Below are positions 13,430 through 25,720 of a DNA stretch of 64,000 nucleotides, piece by piece; position 1 is the stretch's first letter; each line of letters begins with the position of its first letter. The notes below the pieces were generated by a model that did not search any database, was not told the DNA's origin, and worked only from the letters and a program-made list of their open reading frames with translations. Source of the DNA: Dendrobates tinctorius (Eukaryota); NCBI RefSeq assembly GCF_039654945.1, contig NW_027361767.1:2976001-3040000 (forward strand), written 5' to 3'. A program made the position numbers and the translations under genes.

Positions 13430-13810
13430 GTCGCTTAGTTACCCACTGTGTACCTTAGTTACCAGCGCGCTGGTGCAGGGAGCTGGTACCCAAGGTACAC
13501 ATCGCGTTTCTAAGCGGCACGCGGCACTTAGAATCCCGATGTGTACCTTGGTTACCAGCTCCCTGCACCAGCGCGCTGGTAACTAAGGTACACATTGGGT
13601 TTCTAAGCGCTGCGCGCTGCTTAGAAACCCGATATGTACCTTAGTTACCAGCGCCAGCTCGCTGATCGCTGGTCTCCCACCTGCCACACGCAGCGATGCG
13701 TGCTGGCCAGCGGGAGACCAGCAATCAAAAAAATGTCCTGGCCATTCCAGGATGATCAGCGGTACCCGGCAGGGGGTCCGGTCGCTGGTCAGTGTCACAC
13801 ACAGCGATCT
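13430..13810. mobile_element. Fragment of a palindromic (probably Kolobok/T2-type) non-autonomous element
   Basis: Nested inverted repeats of gatgtgtaccttagttaccagc. Shares cagcgat/gtcacac motifs with 38925-39070. Confidence 0.55.
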
Positions 13811-14573
13811 CAGCTACAACTTTCCGTAACATCATGGACTGATTGGCACAATTGTATGTGTGCCATGTTAGGGTTGCATGTAGGAAAGAATGAGGGCAAT
13901 ACAAAGGAAACAAGCACTTTTTGGAATCCTGGGGAAACCTTACTCAGGGCTACCATAAATTATAATTCTTCACAGTACAGGGGAGGTAACGATTTACAGG
14001 CACACAGCTATGATACAGTTAAGAGCTGATTTTGATCACAGGCTTCAGTCAAACTTCTTTTCATCACACAGAATCACTTCTCTTCATGCAATGCTTCTTC
14101 AACAAATATGAAAGTCTCTTCACAGATAACTTCTCTTCGCACACAGGGTCTTAACCTAAGCAGAACTGTACTTTTCTCATGCAGTGAGGTGGGGTGAGGG
14201 GGAATGAGTCCGGTGCTGTAGCTCTCTCACTTCTATCTTGATGTAATAAAGATGCTTATGGCTGTCCTGACTGCTTCTATGATTAAAGCAATCACTTCCC
14301 AGGAAGAACTGGTCTTTACACCTTGTCTGATATCAGTCTGATAGGAGACTCTCTAGCACATACTCTTGGTTGTCCAGGCCATAATAACTAACAACTTTCC
14401 TAGTACCCCCTGGGACTGAGCTAACCACTTCTTGTCTGCTATAACCATTTTAACTCCTATAGTTGCTGGATGATTCTAAATCAACAGCGCAGCTTCTACC
14501 TGTCACATACGCTCTCAATATTTGTGACTTTAGGAGATATACAACTTCTATTACAGGTAAACTCGAGACTCAC

Positions 14574-14690
14574 CTTGTATCTGCAAGCTTCATCGTCATT
14601 GGCGAGGCAGCGATACGCTTGTAAAACGATCCCCCAACTCATATCAAGGTCCAGAGACAGACTGCTGCATGAGCCAGGATCACCAAACAT
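14574..14690 (-). CDS. RGL3: Putative first coding exon of RGL3 (MFGDPGSCSSLSLDLDMSWGIVLQAYRCLANDDEACRYK)
   Basis: Acceptor ctcttttctAG (exon begins 14699), ATG with A at -3, strong AAG/GTGAGT donor in phase 0, in frame with 5955-6053. No homology verified. Confidence 0.6.
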
Positions 14691-15327
14691 TTTGATCTTC
14701 TAGAAAAGAGAGCATTTCAGACTTAAGAGGCTGCAGTGCACGTAACTTCTTATGATGGGGCAGAGGAAGCTACTTGGGCGTCCTCTGATGGGAACATGTG
14801 CCCCAAACCTTGGTAATGGTTGTCTTAAAACTCAACATTTTATAGCACATAAAACATAAAGGTGTTGTTGGGTCTACTTATAACATGCTGGACTTTACTC
14901 TTCAGTCTATGAGGTTCTAATTGATTTGGACAAGAATCAACTTATTTTTTATCATCCTTCTTTCAAAGCCATAATAAAGGGGTTTAATTTTTGCTGGAGA
15001 GTCTAATTCCTAGTTGTATGGCCGCGTTCTCAAATGTCTGGCAGACGTTTCTGAGGTAACACAATTCCCTGCCTGTTTTATCACAGGAGTGAGTGTTTCT
15101 GCCACATTACCAGTCCTGTGAGCTTATCATAAATCAACTTAAATAAAACAGGAAGGATAATGTGTTACCTCAGAAATCGGCAGCTGAAAGCCCCTGGGGT
15201 TTCATCTGCATACTAACAACATAAGTAATATATGCTATTTTCTCTGGCCATTTTGTGTATACAATATTATGTATATTCAATGCCATTTTATGACAAAAAA
15301 TATTATACACATACGGTATACTATATA

Positions 15328-17134
15328 CAATGCTTGGAAAAAAAGTATTCATACCCAGAGAAGTTTTCCACATTTTTTCACGTTAGAGCCACAAAGTAAA
15401 ATAATGTATTTTCTTGGGATTTTGTGATACCAACACAAAAGTAGTAAGTATTTGTGAAGTGTAAAGGAAATGATATGTGGTTTTCTAAATGTTTAAAAAC
15501 ATAAATCTGAAAATTGTGACGTGCATTTGCATTCAATCGCTTGTAGTCTGAAAATCCTAAATAAATTCCTGAGTGACCAATTGCTTTCAGAAGTCACGTA
15601 ATTAGTAAATTGCGTCCACCTGTGTGTAATTTATTCTCAGTAGAACTACAGCTGTTTTGTAAAGACCTCAGAGGTTTGTGTGAGAACATTAGGGATCAAA
15701 CAGCATTATGAAAACCAAGGAACACACCAGGTCAGGGATAAAGTTGTTATAAAAAAAAAAAATAGCCCAAGCTCTGAATATCTCATGGAACACTGTTCAA
15801 TCCATCATCCAAAAATGGAAGGAGTACGACACAACTGCAAACCTACCAAGACATGGCCGTCCACCTAAGCCGACATTCAGCAAGGAGAGCACTAAGTAGA
15901 GAAGCAGCCAAGAGGCTCATGGTCACTCTGGAGGAGCTGCAGAGATCCACAGCTCAGGTGAGAGAATGTGCCCACAAGACAACTATTACAAAGTCCAAAA
16001 GAATTCGAGGCACCAGGAAAAAATTCTCATTGGGATAAAAATAACATTTATTCTTTCTTTAAAAGCATATGGCAGTCGTTACAAATGAGGTAGAAGAATC
16101 CAGCAATGTTTTGGCCATGATAAGCCTTTTTCATGCCAAAAATTGCAAGTTTACTAAAAGTCAGCCATAACATAACATTTCTTTCTTTTGAAGAAAAAAT
16201 AAAAGTTATTTTTTATCACAATTAGATTTTTTTTTCTCCTGGTGCCTTGAATTCTTTTGGACTTTGAACCTGTTTTGGAACTTGTGGGGGGTGACTTAGC
16301 CCTTGGTGCTTGAGAAACATCCACTGGACATAGGACAACTATTAGTCGTGTACTCCACAAATCTGGCCTTTGAGGAAGAGTGGCAATAAGAAAGACATTT
16401 TTGAACGCAAGCCATAAGAAGTCTAGTTTGCGGTTTACAAAAGTCCATGTAGGGGACACAGCGAGCATGTGGAAGAAGGTGCTTTAGTCAGATGAGACCA
16501 AAGTAGAACTTTTTGGGCTAACTGTAAAACGCTATATTTGGTGGAAACTAACACTGCACGTCACCCTGAAAACACAATCCCCACTGTCAAACATGTTGGT
16601 AACATCATCATGCTATGGAGAGGCTTTTCTTCAACAGGGAGATGGAAGCTGGTCAGAGTTGATGAAGGAAAAGTTGTTAGAAACGTCAAAAGACTCGAGA
16701 CTGGGGCGTAGGTTCACCTTCCAGCAGGACAATGACCCTAAACATCCTGATAGAGCTACAATGGATGGTTTAGATCAATGCTTGATCTGTGTGTTAATGG
16801 CCCAGTCACAGTCCAGACTAAAATTGACAAGACTTGAAAATTGCTGATCACAGACGCCTCCATCCAATCTCGCTGAGCGACAGTGAGTGTGCAAAGAAGA
16901 CGGGGCACAAATGTCACCTCTAGATGTGCAAAGCTGGTAGACACAGACCCCAAAAGACTGCAGCAGTAATTGAATTTAGAAAACCATGTATCACTTCCTT
17001 TATACATCACAAATACTCCCTACTTTGTGTTGGTATATCACATAGAATCCAAATATAATACAATTAGGTTTGTGGGCGTAACATTAAAAAATGTGGAAAA
17101 TTTCACTGGGTGTGAATACTTTTTCAAGGCACTC
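15328..17134 (+). mobile_element. Defective Tc1-like transposon
   Basis: TA-flanked TIRs (CAaTGC..AAAAGTATTCA / TGAATACTTTT..GCACTc). Broken transposase includes FQQDNDPKH in ORF 16593-16847. Confidence 0.88.
15989..16333. mobile_element. Fold-back insertion with 11 bp duplication, Penelope-like (inferred)
   Basis: Inverted arms 15989-~16060 and ~16185-16266 plus an unpaired tail. GACAACTATTA is duplicated at 15978-15988 and 16334-16344. Confidence 0.6.
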
Positions 17135-17819
17135 TACCACCTTTTATCACACATATACGCTATGACATTCTGTGTTTGGAAACATGATGGGATATTTGGA
17201 AGTCATTTTACCGAGCTAGGACGATAGAGAACAAACAAAATCTGTAAAGTTCGCTTTCGCCGCTCTTTATATGGACGGGGCTTGCTTCTCGAACTTCCCA
17301 GACGGAAGTGTTGTCTGAAGACGTGGTAAAGCCTTCATTATAGGAATACTTGATCCCGGGAAGTTTCATCTGCATTTCCGTCTCTGTAGTACGTATAGGA
17401 AACATATAGCGAGACGTATACATGGAAGGATCACACCCACACCCCGTTCTACGATTTGGGGACAATTTAGATTTGTGATTGTTACATTTTTGCTCAAACA
17501 AAATGAATTTTATCACAATAACATAAGATTTTTTTTGTAACAATAGATATAGATTTTTTATGGCATCCCGCTATATGCCTACAACACAGAAGTGAAGGGC
17601 CCCTAACGGTTTGTTTGATACAGCACCACTCCCTAACTGGTTGGGTAGGAGCTTCAAGATGGCCCAAACCTATCCATCGTTCTAGTACACGGTGAGGGCT
17701 CGGAGGAAGATAACATGTCATAAAAATACAGGTAGTGATTTTCCATGATCATCCACCAAAATTTTGCACCACTTTTCTATAGCAGCAGCCAGATTTGAAC
17801 AAAATCAGGAAGCCAATGG

Positions 17820-20650
17820 GAGCATCTCTGGGGTGCATCTAAGGTGAAAAGGTGTCCATGGGGAGCATTCAAGGTTACAAGGTGCCTATGAGGAGTATCT
17901 GAGGTTACAGGATCCATATGGAAGCACCTAAGTTATAAGATATCTATGAGAACATATACGTTTACAGGATGTCTATGAGCACACCTAAAAATAAAGGGTG
18001 CCTATGCGAGCACTTAAGGTTACAGGGTGCCTATGGGAGCACCTAAGGTTAATGGGTGCCTATGAGATCACCTATGGTTACTGGGTGCCTATGGGTGCAC
18101 CTAAGGTTACTGGGTGCCTATCGGAACATGTAAGGTTACAGGGTTCTGATAGGAGCACCTAAGGTTACAGGGTGCCTATAGGAGCATCTAAGGTTATATG
18201 GTGCCTATGGGAGCACCTAAGGTTACTGGGTGCCTATGGGAGCACCTAAGGTTACAGGGTGCCTGTGGGTGCACCTAAGGTTACCGGGTGCCTATGGGAG
18301 CATATAATGTTACAGGGTACCTATGGGAGCATCAAAGGTTATAGGGTTCTCATAGGAGAGAAAAAAAACACATTTGAAAGGTTGACTCACCAAACCCTGA
18401 GTGCTGGGTTACTGTAATATAGTGCTGAGCACCCCGCCTGCTAATACTATGGGCGTTATTAATAGGCTGTTCAGACACTTTGCACCACACTTATCTGTGT
18501 GACTGATGTCCTATGCAAGCCCTATTTGTGTGCATTTTTTCCACTAGGCAGCCAGACCCTCTTGGGTTACTGGCTGTTTTAATCAGTGGTTTGCACCTGT
18601 GCTGCCCCAGCCTTTATCAATGAAGGTCTGCTGCATCCTGCTAGTGCATTAGTCAGGGTTTGGTGAGTCAACCTTTCAAATGTGTTTTTTTGAATTTTTG
18701 GGAATTTTTTCCTTATGTGTGCTTCTCATAGGAGCACCTAAGGTTACAGGGTGCCTATGGGAGCACCTAAGGTTACAAGGTGCCTGTGGGAGCACCTAAG
18801 GTTACAAGGTGCCTGTGGGAGCACCTAAGGTTACTGGGTGCCTGTGGGAGCACCTAAGGTTACTGGGTGCCTATGGCAGCGCATAAGGTTACAGAGTGCT
18901 AACTGGAGCAACTAAAGTTACAGGGTGCCTATGGGAGAACCTAAGGTAAAAGAATGTCTATGAGATTATCTAAGTTTCCAAGGTGCCTATGTGAACATCT
19001 AAAACTACAGGGTGCCTATGGGAACACATAAGGTTACAGGATGCCTATGGCAGTAGCTAAGGTTACAAGGTGCCCATGGAAGCATTTAAGGTTACAGAGT
19101 GCCTACAGGAGCAGGCACAGTTAAAGGATGCCTATGGAGATTATTTCAGATTACAGGGTGCCTACAGGAGCGCCTAAATTTACAGGATGCTTAGGAGAGC
19201 ACCTAAGGTTACAGTGTCTAAGGGAGCACCTACGTTTATAGGGTGTCTATGGGAGCATTTAAGGATGGAGGATACCTATGGGAGTATCTAAAGTTACAAG
19301 GTATCTATGGGAGCACCTAAGGTTACTGGGCCCCTATAGGAACCCCTAAGGTTACAGGATGTCTATGGGAACATCTAAGATTACAGGATATTTACAGAGA
19401 GCCTCTAAGGTTACAGGGTGCCTATAAAGAGCCTCTAAGGTAACAGGGTGCTTATAGGGACCCTAAGGTAAAAGGGTGCCTATAGGGAACCTCTAAGGTT
19501 ACAGGGTGCTTATTGCAGCATCAAAGGTTGTAGGGGGCCTATCGAAGCACTGAAGGTTACAGGGTGACTATGGGAACATCTAAAGTTACAAGGTGCCTAT
19601 GGAAAAAGTATTTAAGTATTTAAGGTTGTAGGGTGCCTTTAACGAGCATGTAAGTTTAAGGAGTGCCTATTGGAGCACTAAGCTTACAGTATGCCAATGT
19701 AAGCACCTAAAAATATGTGGTATCTTCAGGAGCACCTAAGGTTACAGGGTGTACATGGGAGCATCTAAGGTTACAGGGTGTACATGGGAGCATCTAAGGT
19801 TACAGGGTGTACATGGGAGCATCTAAGGATACAGGGTGGGAAAAACCTAAGGTTGCAGGGTGCCTGTGGGAACCTCTAAGGTTACATGATGTGTACGGGA
19901 TCATCTAAGGTTACCTGAGGTTAGAGGGTGCCTAAAGGGAGCCTCTAAAGTTACGGTGCTTACAGGAACATTTAAGCTTACAGGATGCCTATACAGAGCC
20001 TCTAAGGTTACAGGGTGCCTATGGGAACATCTAAAGTTACAGGGTTCCTATAGGGAGCCTCTAAAGTTACAGGGTGCCTATAGGGAGCCTATAAAGTTAC
20101 AGGGTGCTTATAGGGAGCCTCTAAAGTTACAGGGTGCCTATGGGAACATGTAAAGCTACAGGGTGCTTATAGGGAGCCTCTAAAGGTACAGGATGCCTAT
20201 GAGAACATCTAAGGTTACAAGGTGCATAAAGGGAGCCTCTAAAAGTACAGGATGCCTATGAGAACATCTAAAGTTATAGGGTGCCTATAGGGAGCCTCTA
20301 AAGTTACAGGGTGCCTATGGAAACATCTAAAGTTAGAGGGTACCTATAGGGAGCCTCTGAAGTTACAGGGTGCCTATGGGAACATCTAAAGTTACAGGGT
20401 GCTTATAGGAAGCCTCTAAAGGTACAGGATGCCTATGAGAACATCTAAGGTTACAAGGTGCCTATAGGGAGCCTCTAAAGGTACAGGATGCCTATGAGAA
20501 CATCTAAGGTTACAAGGTGCATATAGGGAGCCTCTAAAGGTACAGGATGCCTATGAGAACATCTAAAGTTACAGGGTGCTTATAGGGAGCCTCTAAAGGT
20601 ACAGGTTGCCTATGAAAACATCTAAGGTTACAGGGTGCCTATAGCGAGCA
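17820..20650. repeat. 29/30 bp satellite array
   Basis: Unit gggtgcctatgggagcacctaaggttaca. The distal part alternates 29 and 30 bp variants. Confidence 0.95.
18359..18722. mobile_element. Fold-back insertion with 12 bp TSD, Penelope-like (inferred)
   Basis: Inverted arms ~18361-18400 and ~18652-18691 plus tail. TSD TTCTCATAGGAG at 18347-18358 and 18723-18734. Confidence 0.65.
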
Positions 20651-20885
20651 TCGAAAGTTGCATATCCGTGTAGGGTATAAATACAGGTATCAACAGACAC
20701 AGAAGTCTCTGTACCTTACAAAAAAAAATGTGCATCTTATATAATCCTGCATATAATACGTTCTCTTTCCTCACCTCATAGCTTCAATTCCCAAAATCAC
20801 CCGCCAGAATTAGAAAAGTTTGCAAGGAAGATAATAAAAATCCATGACAAGGCTTGGAACAGTCGGCAGTGTCCCCCACTCTTAC

Positions 20886-21110
20886 ACCCCACAGAGACGC
20901 AGCTGTGTGAACCGGTGTATGGAAGGAAATATAGATGATGTCCCCGTTACCTTTGATCCCTGTTTTTTACTTGTGTCACTTTTTCTCTCTCCCTTCCTCC
21001 CTCTATCCCACTTTGCTGGAAGCCGTCCTCTGACATCCTGCTCCCCCTCCTCCGAATACTGCAGACTCAGGAGAGGGTGGTGGGGCGGAATGTCACTTCC
21101 TCTGACCCCT
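20886..21110 (-). promoter_or_regulatory. Candidate RGL3 promoter and non-coding first exon
   Basis: GC box GGGGCGG (21082-21088) next to ETS GGAAGTGA (minus, 21093-21100). Minus-strand donor GGT/GTAAGA at 20886. Confidence 0.4.
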
Positions 21111-21294
21111 CTCAGGCTTTTTCCCAGACCATAAAAACAATGGCAGATTTTTGTTGTTTTCAAAAGCTCAAAGATTAGATTAAACTCAAATGAGATTTCA
21201 TCATTCTGCAGAACCGAAAAGAAATGAAAAAAATGCTGAATTACATGAAAATTTTCAGCTTATGAATTACTTAATAGATCACTAAAGTAATAAG

Positions 21295-23890
21295 ATCAGG
21301 AGCCGGGTTACTGTAATAAGAGGTTACAGGGTAATAAGAGGGTCAGGAGCCGGGTTACTGTAATAAGAGGTTACAGGGGAAATAAGGGCATCAGGAGCCG
21401 AGTTACTGTAATTAGAGGTTACAGGGTAATAAGAGGATCAGGAGCCGGGTTACTGTAATAAGAGGTTACAGGGTAATAAGAGGACCAGGAGCCGGGTTAC
21501 TGTAATAAGAGGTTACAGGGGAAATAAGGGCATCAGGAGCCGAGTTACTGTAATTAGAGGTTACAGGGTAATAAGAGGATCAGGAGCCGGGTTACTGTAA
21601 TAAGAGGTTACAGGGTAATAAGAAGATCAGGAGCCGGGTTACTGTAATAAGAGGTTACAGGGGAAATAAGGGCATCAGGAGCCGAGTTACTGTAATTAGA
21701 GGTTACAGGGTAATAAGAGGATCAGGAGCCGGGTTACTGTAATAAGAGGTTACAGGGTAATAAGAGGACCAGGAGCCAGGTTACTGTAATAAGAGGTTAC
21801 AGAGGTAATAAGAGGATCAGGAGCCGGGTTACTGTAATAACAGGTTACAGGGTAATAAGAGGATCAGGAGCCGGGTTACTGTAATAAGAGGTTACAGGGG
21901 TAATAAGAGGATCAGGAGCCGGGTTACTGTAATAAGAGGTTACAGGGGTAATAGGATCAGGAGTCGGGTTACTGTAATAAGAGGTTACAGGGGTAATAGG
22001 ATCAGGAGTCGGGTTACTGTAATAAGAGGTTACAGGGATAATAAGAGGATCAGGAGCCAGGTTACTGCAATAAGAGGTTACAGGGGTAATAAGAGGATCA
22101 GGAGTCGGGTTACTGTAATAAGAGGTTACAGGGGTAGTAAGAGGATCAGGAGCCGGGTTACTGTAATAAGAGGTTACAGGGTAATAAGAGGATCAGGAGT
22201 CGGACTACTGTAATAAGAGATTACAGGGTAATAAGAGGATCAGGAGCCGGGTTACTGTAATAAGAAGTTACAGGAGTAATAAGATAATCAGGAGCTGGGT
22301 TACTGTAATGAGGTTACAGGGGTAATAAGAGGATCAGGAGCCGGGTTACTGTAATAAGAAGTTACAGGAGTAATAAGATAATCAGGAGCTGGGTTACTGT
22401 AATGAGGTTACAGGGGTAATAAGATCAGGAGCCGGGTTACTGTAATAAGAGGTTGCAGGGTAATAAGAGGATCAGGAGTCGGGTTACTGTAATAAGAGGT
22501 TACAGGGGTAATAAGAGGATCAGGAGCTGGGTTATTGTAATGAGGTTACAGGGGTAATAAGAAGATCAGGAGCCGGGTTACTGTAATAAGAGGTTACAGG
22601 GGTAATAAGAGGATCCGAAGTCGGGTTACTGTAATAAGAGGTTACAAGGGTAATAAGAGGATCAGGAGCCGGGTTACTGTAAAAAGAGGTTACAGGGTAA
22701 TAAGAGGATCAGGAGCCGGGCTACTGTAATAAGAGATTACAGGGTAATAAGAGGATCAGGAGCCGGGTTACTGTAATAAGAGGTTACAGGGGTAATAAGA
22801 GGATCAGGAGCCGGGTTACTGTAATAAGAGGTTACAGGGTAATAAGAGGATCAGGAGCCGGGTTACTGTAATAAGAGGTTACATGGTAATAAGATCAGGA
22901 GCCAGGTTACTGTAATAAGAGGTTACAGGGTAATAAGAGGATCAGGAGCCGGGTTACTGTAATAAGAGGTTACAGGGTAATAAGAGGATCAGGAGTCGGG
23001 TTACTGTAATAAGAGGTTACAGGGGTAATAAGAGGATCAGGAGCCGGGTTATTGTAATGAGGTTACAGGGGTAATAAGAAGATCAGGAGCCGGGTTACTG
23101 TAATAAGAGGTTACAGGGGTAATAAGAGGATCAGGAGCCGGGTTACTGTAATAAGAGGTTACAGGGGTAATAAGAGGATCAGGAGTCGGGTTACTGTAAT
23201 AAGAGGTTACAGGGGTAATAAGAGGATCAGGGGCCGGGTTACTGTAATAAGAGTTTACAGGGGTAATAAGAGGATCAGGAGCCGGGTTACTGTAATAAGA
23301 GGTTACAGGGTAATAAGATCAGGAGCCGGGTTACTGTAATAAGAGGTTACAGGGGTAATAAGAAGATCAGGAGCGGTTACAGGGGTAATAAGAGGATCAG
23401 GAGCCGGGTTACTGTAATGTGGTTACAGGGTAATAAGAGGATCAGCAGCTGGGTTACTGTAGTAAGAGGTTACAGGGGTAATAAGAGGATCAGGAGCCAG
23501 GTTACTGTAATAAGAGGTTACAGGGGTAATAAGAGGATCAGGAGCGGTTACACGGGTAATAAGAGGATCAGGAGCCGGGTTACTGTAATAAGAGGTTACA
23601 GGGGTAATAAGGGGATCAGGAGCCGGGTTACTGTAATAAGAGGTTACAGGGGTAATAAGGGGATCAGGAGCCGGGTTACTGTAATAAGAGGTTACAGGGG
23701 TAATAAGAGGATCAGGAGCCGGGTTACTGTAATAAGAGGTTACAGGGGTAATAAGAGGATCAGGAGCCGGGTGACTGCAATAAGAGGTTACAGGGGTAAT
23801 AAGAGGATCAGGAGCCGGGTTACTGTAATAAGAGGTTACAGGGGTAATAAGAGGATCAGGAGCCGGGTTACTGTAATAAGAGGTTACAGG
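21295..23890. repeat. 47/48 bp satellite array (~54 copies)
   Basis: Unit ggatcaggagccgggttactgtaataagaggttacaggg(g)taataaga. It explains ORFs 23417-23959 and 23423-24010. Confidence 0.97.
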
Positions 23891-24425
23891 ATACGCACTG
23901 GTGTAACTAGAACAGTCCTTGTAAAAGTGTACGAGAGATGGATAAAGGAGTTGGAATAATGAGTGCAGGAATGAGTATAGTTCCTCACAATCTTGGAGAT
24001 CCGGTGACACAGAGCAGCTCTTCTTAATTTAAAAAATGGGTAACTTTGGTTCCAACATCATGTTCCTAATTCCTGAGATGACAGCTTTGAAGCATAATCT
24101 CCTGCTTTAGGAACTGAAATTCATAGGTGACATGATAGCAAAAAACCATCCCCACTTCTAAGCAAGGGGCCCGGAAGTATGGGAGTTATTATTTGGGAAT
24201 TGACCTCGGCCATAACTCTGTAGCTCGCTCTCTGTCTGCCGTCACTGTGTACGATCCTCGGTCTGGTGACGACCCTGTCACGTACATTTCTGTTTTGCTT
24301 TCGCTTGGGTGCAAGGGTATACGTAAAGCGATATCTGGTGGAAACGTCCAATACGTAGTGGCAGACAATACACAGGGTCTCTCTGGTTATTAACGTAGGG
24401 AGAGAGACAGGGTTTTTAGAGAATT

Positions 24426-24435
24426 TTTATTTATT
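24426..24435 (-). terminator. Candidate ODAD3 polyadenylation signal (overlapping AATAAA)
   Basis: First canonical AATAAA I can see on the minus strand downstream of the ODAD3 stop. Confidence 0.45.
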
Positions 24436-24644
24436 TGTTATAGGGAAAACATAAGAGGTCACATTTCAGCGTGTCTCGTGTCTCAGGATCACGTCACAAA
24501 GCAGCTGTTCCCACAACACTTCTGATCTTGGCAGCGTCATGAGAAGTCAGAGTCCGATTCTCTGCCCCCTGTCTGAGCCACTTACAGAGAGGGAAGGAGG
24601 CTGACATGGGATGCGGACAGTGGTGGACTGAAAGAGACTGCACA

Positions 24645-25720
24645 TGTACACGACTGTAAATCTAGGATGCAGGACAGGTAGACGACTGCAGATCTATGAA
24701 ACAGGACAGGTGGACAACTGCAGATCTATGAAGCAAAGCAGGACAGGTAGACAACTGCAGATCTATGAAACAGGACAGGTAGATAACTGCAGATCTATGA
24801 AGCAAAGCAGGACAGGTAGACAACTGCAGATCTATGAAACAGGACAGGTAGATAACTGCAGATCTATGAAGCAGGATAGGTAGGTGACTGCAGATCTATG
24901 AAACAGGACAGGTAGACAACTGCAGATCTATGAAGCAGGACAGGTAGACAACTGCAGATCTATGAAGCAGGATAGGTAGAAAACGGCAGATCTTTGAAAC
25001 AGGACAGGTAGACAACTGCAGATCTATGAAACAGGACAGGTAGACAACTGCAGATCTATGAAAGAGGACATGTAGACTACTGTAGATCTGAAACAGGACA
25101 GGTAGATGACTGCAGATCTATTAAGAGGGACAGTTAGACGACTGTAAATCTAAGATGCAGGACAGGTAGATGACTGTAGATCTATGAAGCAGGACATGAT
25201 TGTAAATCTATGAAGGACTAGTACATGATTGTAGAGGACTAGTAGATTGTAGATCTAGGAAACAGGACTGGTAGATGGTTAACCCTAAGCAAGTCAGGAA
25301 GATGAACCTAGTCCTATAAAATAAGGCAGGCAGATAAGCGGACAGATAAAAGATTGAAGATGTACAAGAAAGAACAGGTTGACAATTGTAGATTTATGAA
25401 GCAGGACTGTTAGATGATTACAGATCTTTAAAGCAGGACTGGTAGATGATTACAGATTTTCTGAAGCAGGACTGGTAGGTAATTACAGATCTATGAAGCA
25501 GGACGGGTAGCTGATTACAGATCTATAAAGCAGGACTGGTAGACGATTACAGATCTATGAAGCAGGTCTGGTAGATGATTACAGATCTATGAAGCAGGTC
25601 TGGTAGATGATTACAGATCTATGAAGCAGGTCTGGTAGATGATTACAGATCAGAACTGGTAGATGATTACAGATCTATGAAGCAGGACTGATAGGTTATT
25701 GTAGATCTTGGAAACAGGAC
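24645..25720. repeat. ~32 bp minisatellite
   Basis: Unit acaggacaggtagacaactgcagatctatgaa, drifting to gcaggactggtagatgattacagatctatgaa. Confidence 0.93.

Noticed and set aside
23417-24010. Periodic 180-195 aa ORFs
   Set aside because: Run of 48-bp satellite units without stops.
17820-25720. CRISPR-like arrays
   Set aside because: Head-to-tail satellites without unique spacers, no cas genes, eukaryotic context.
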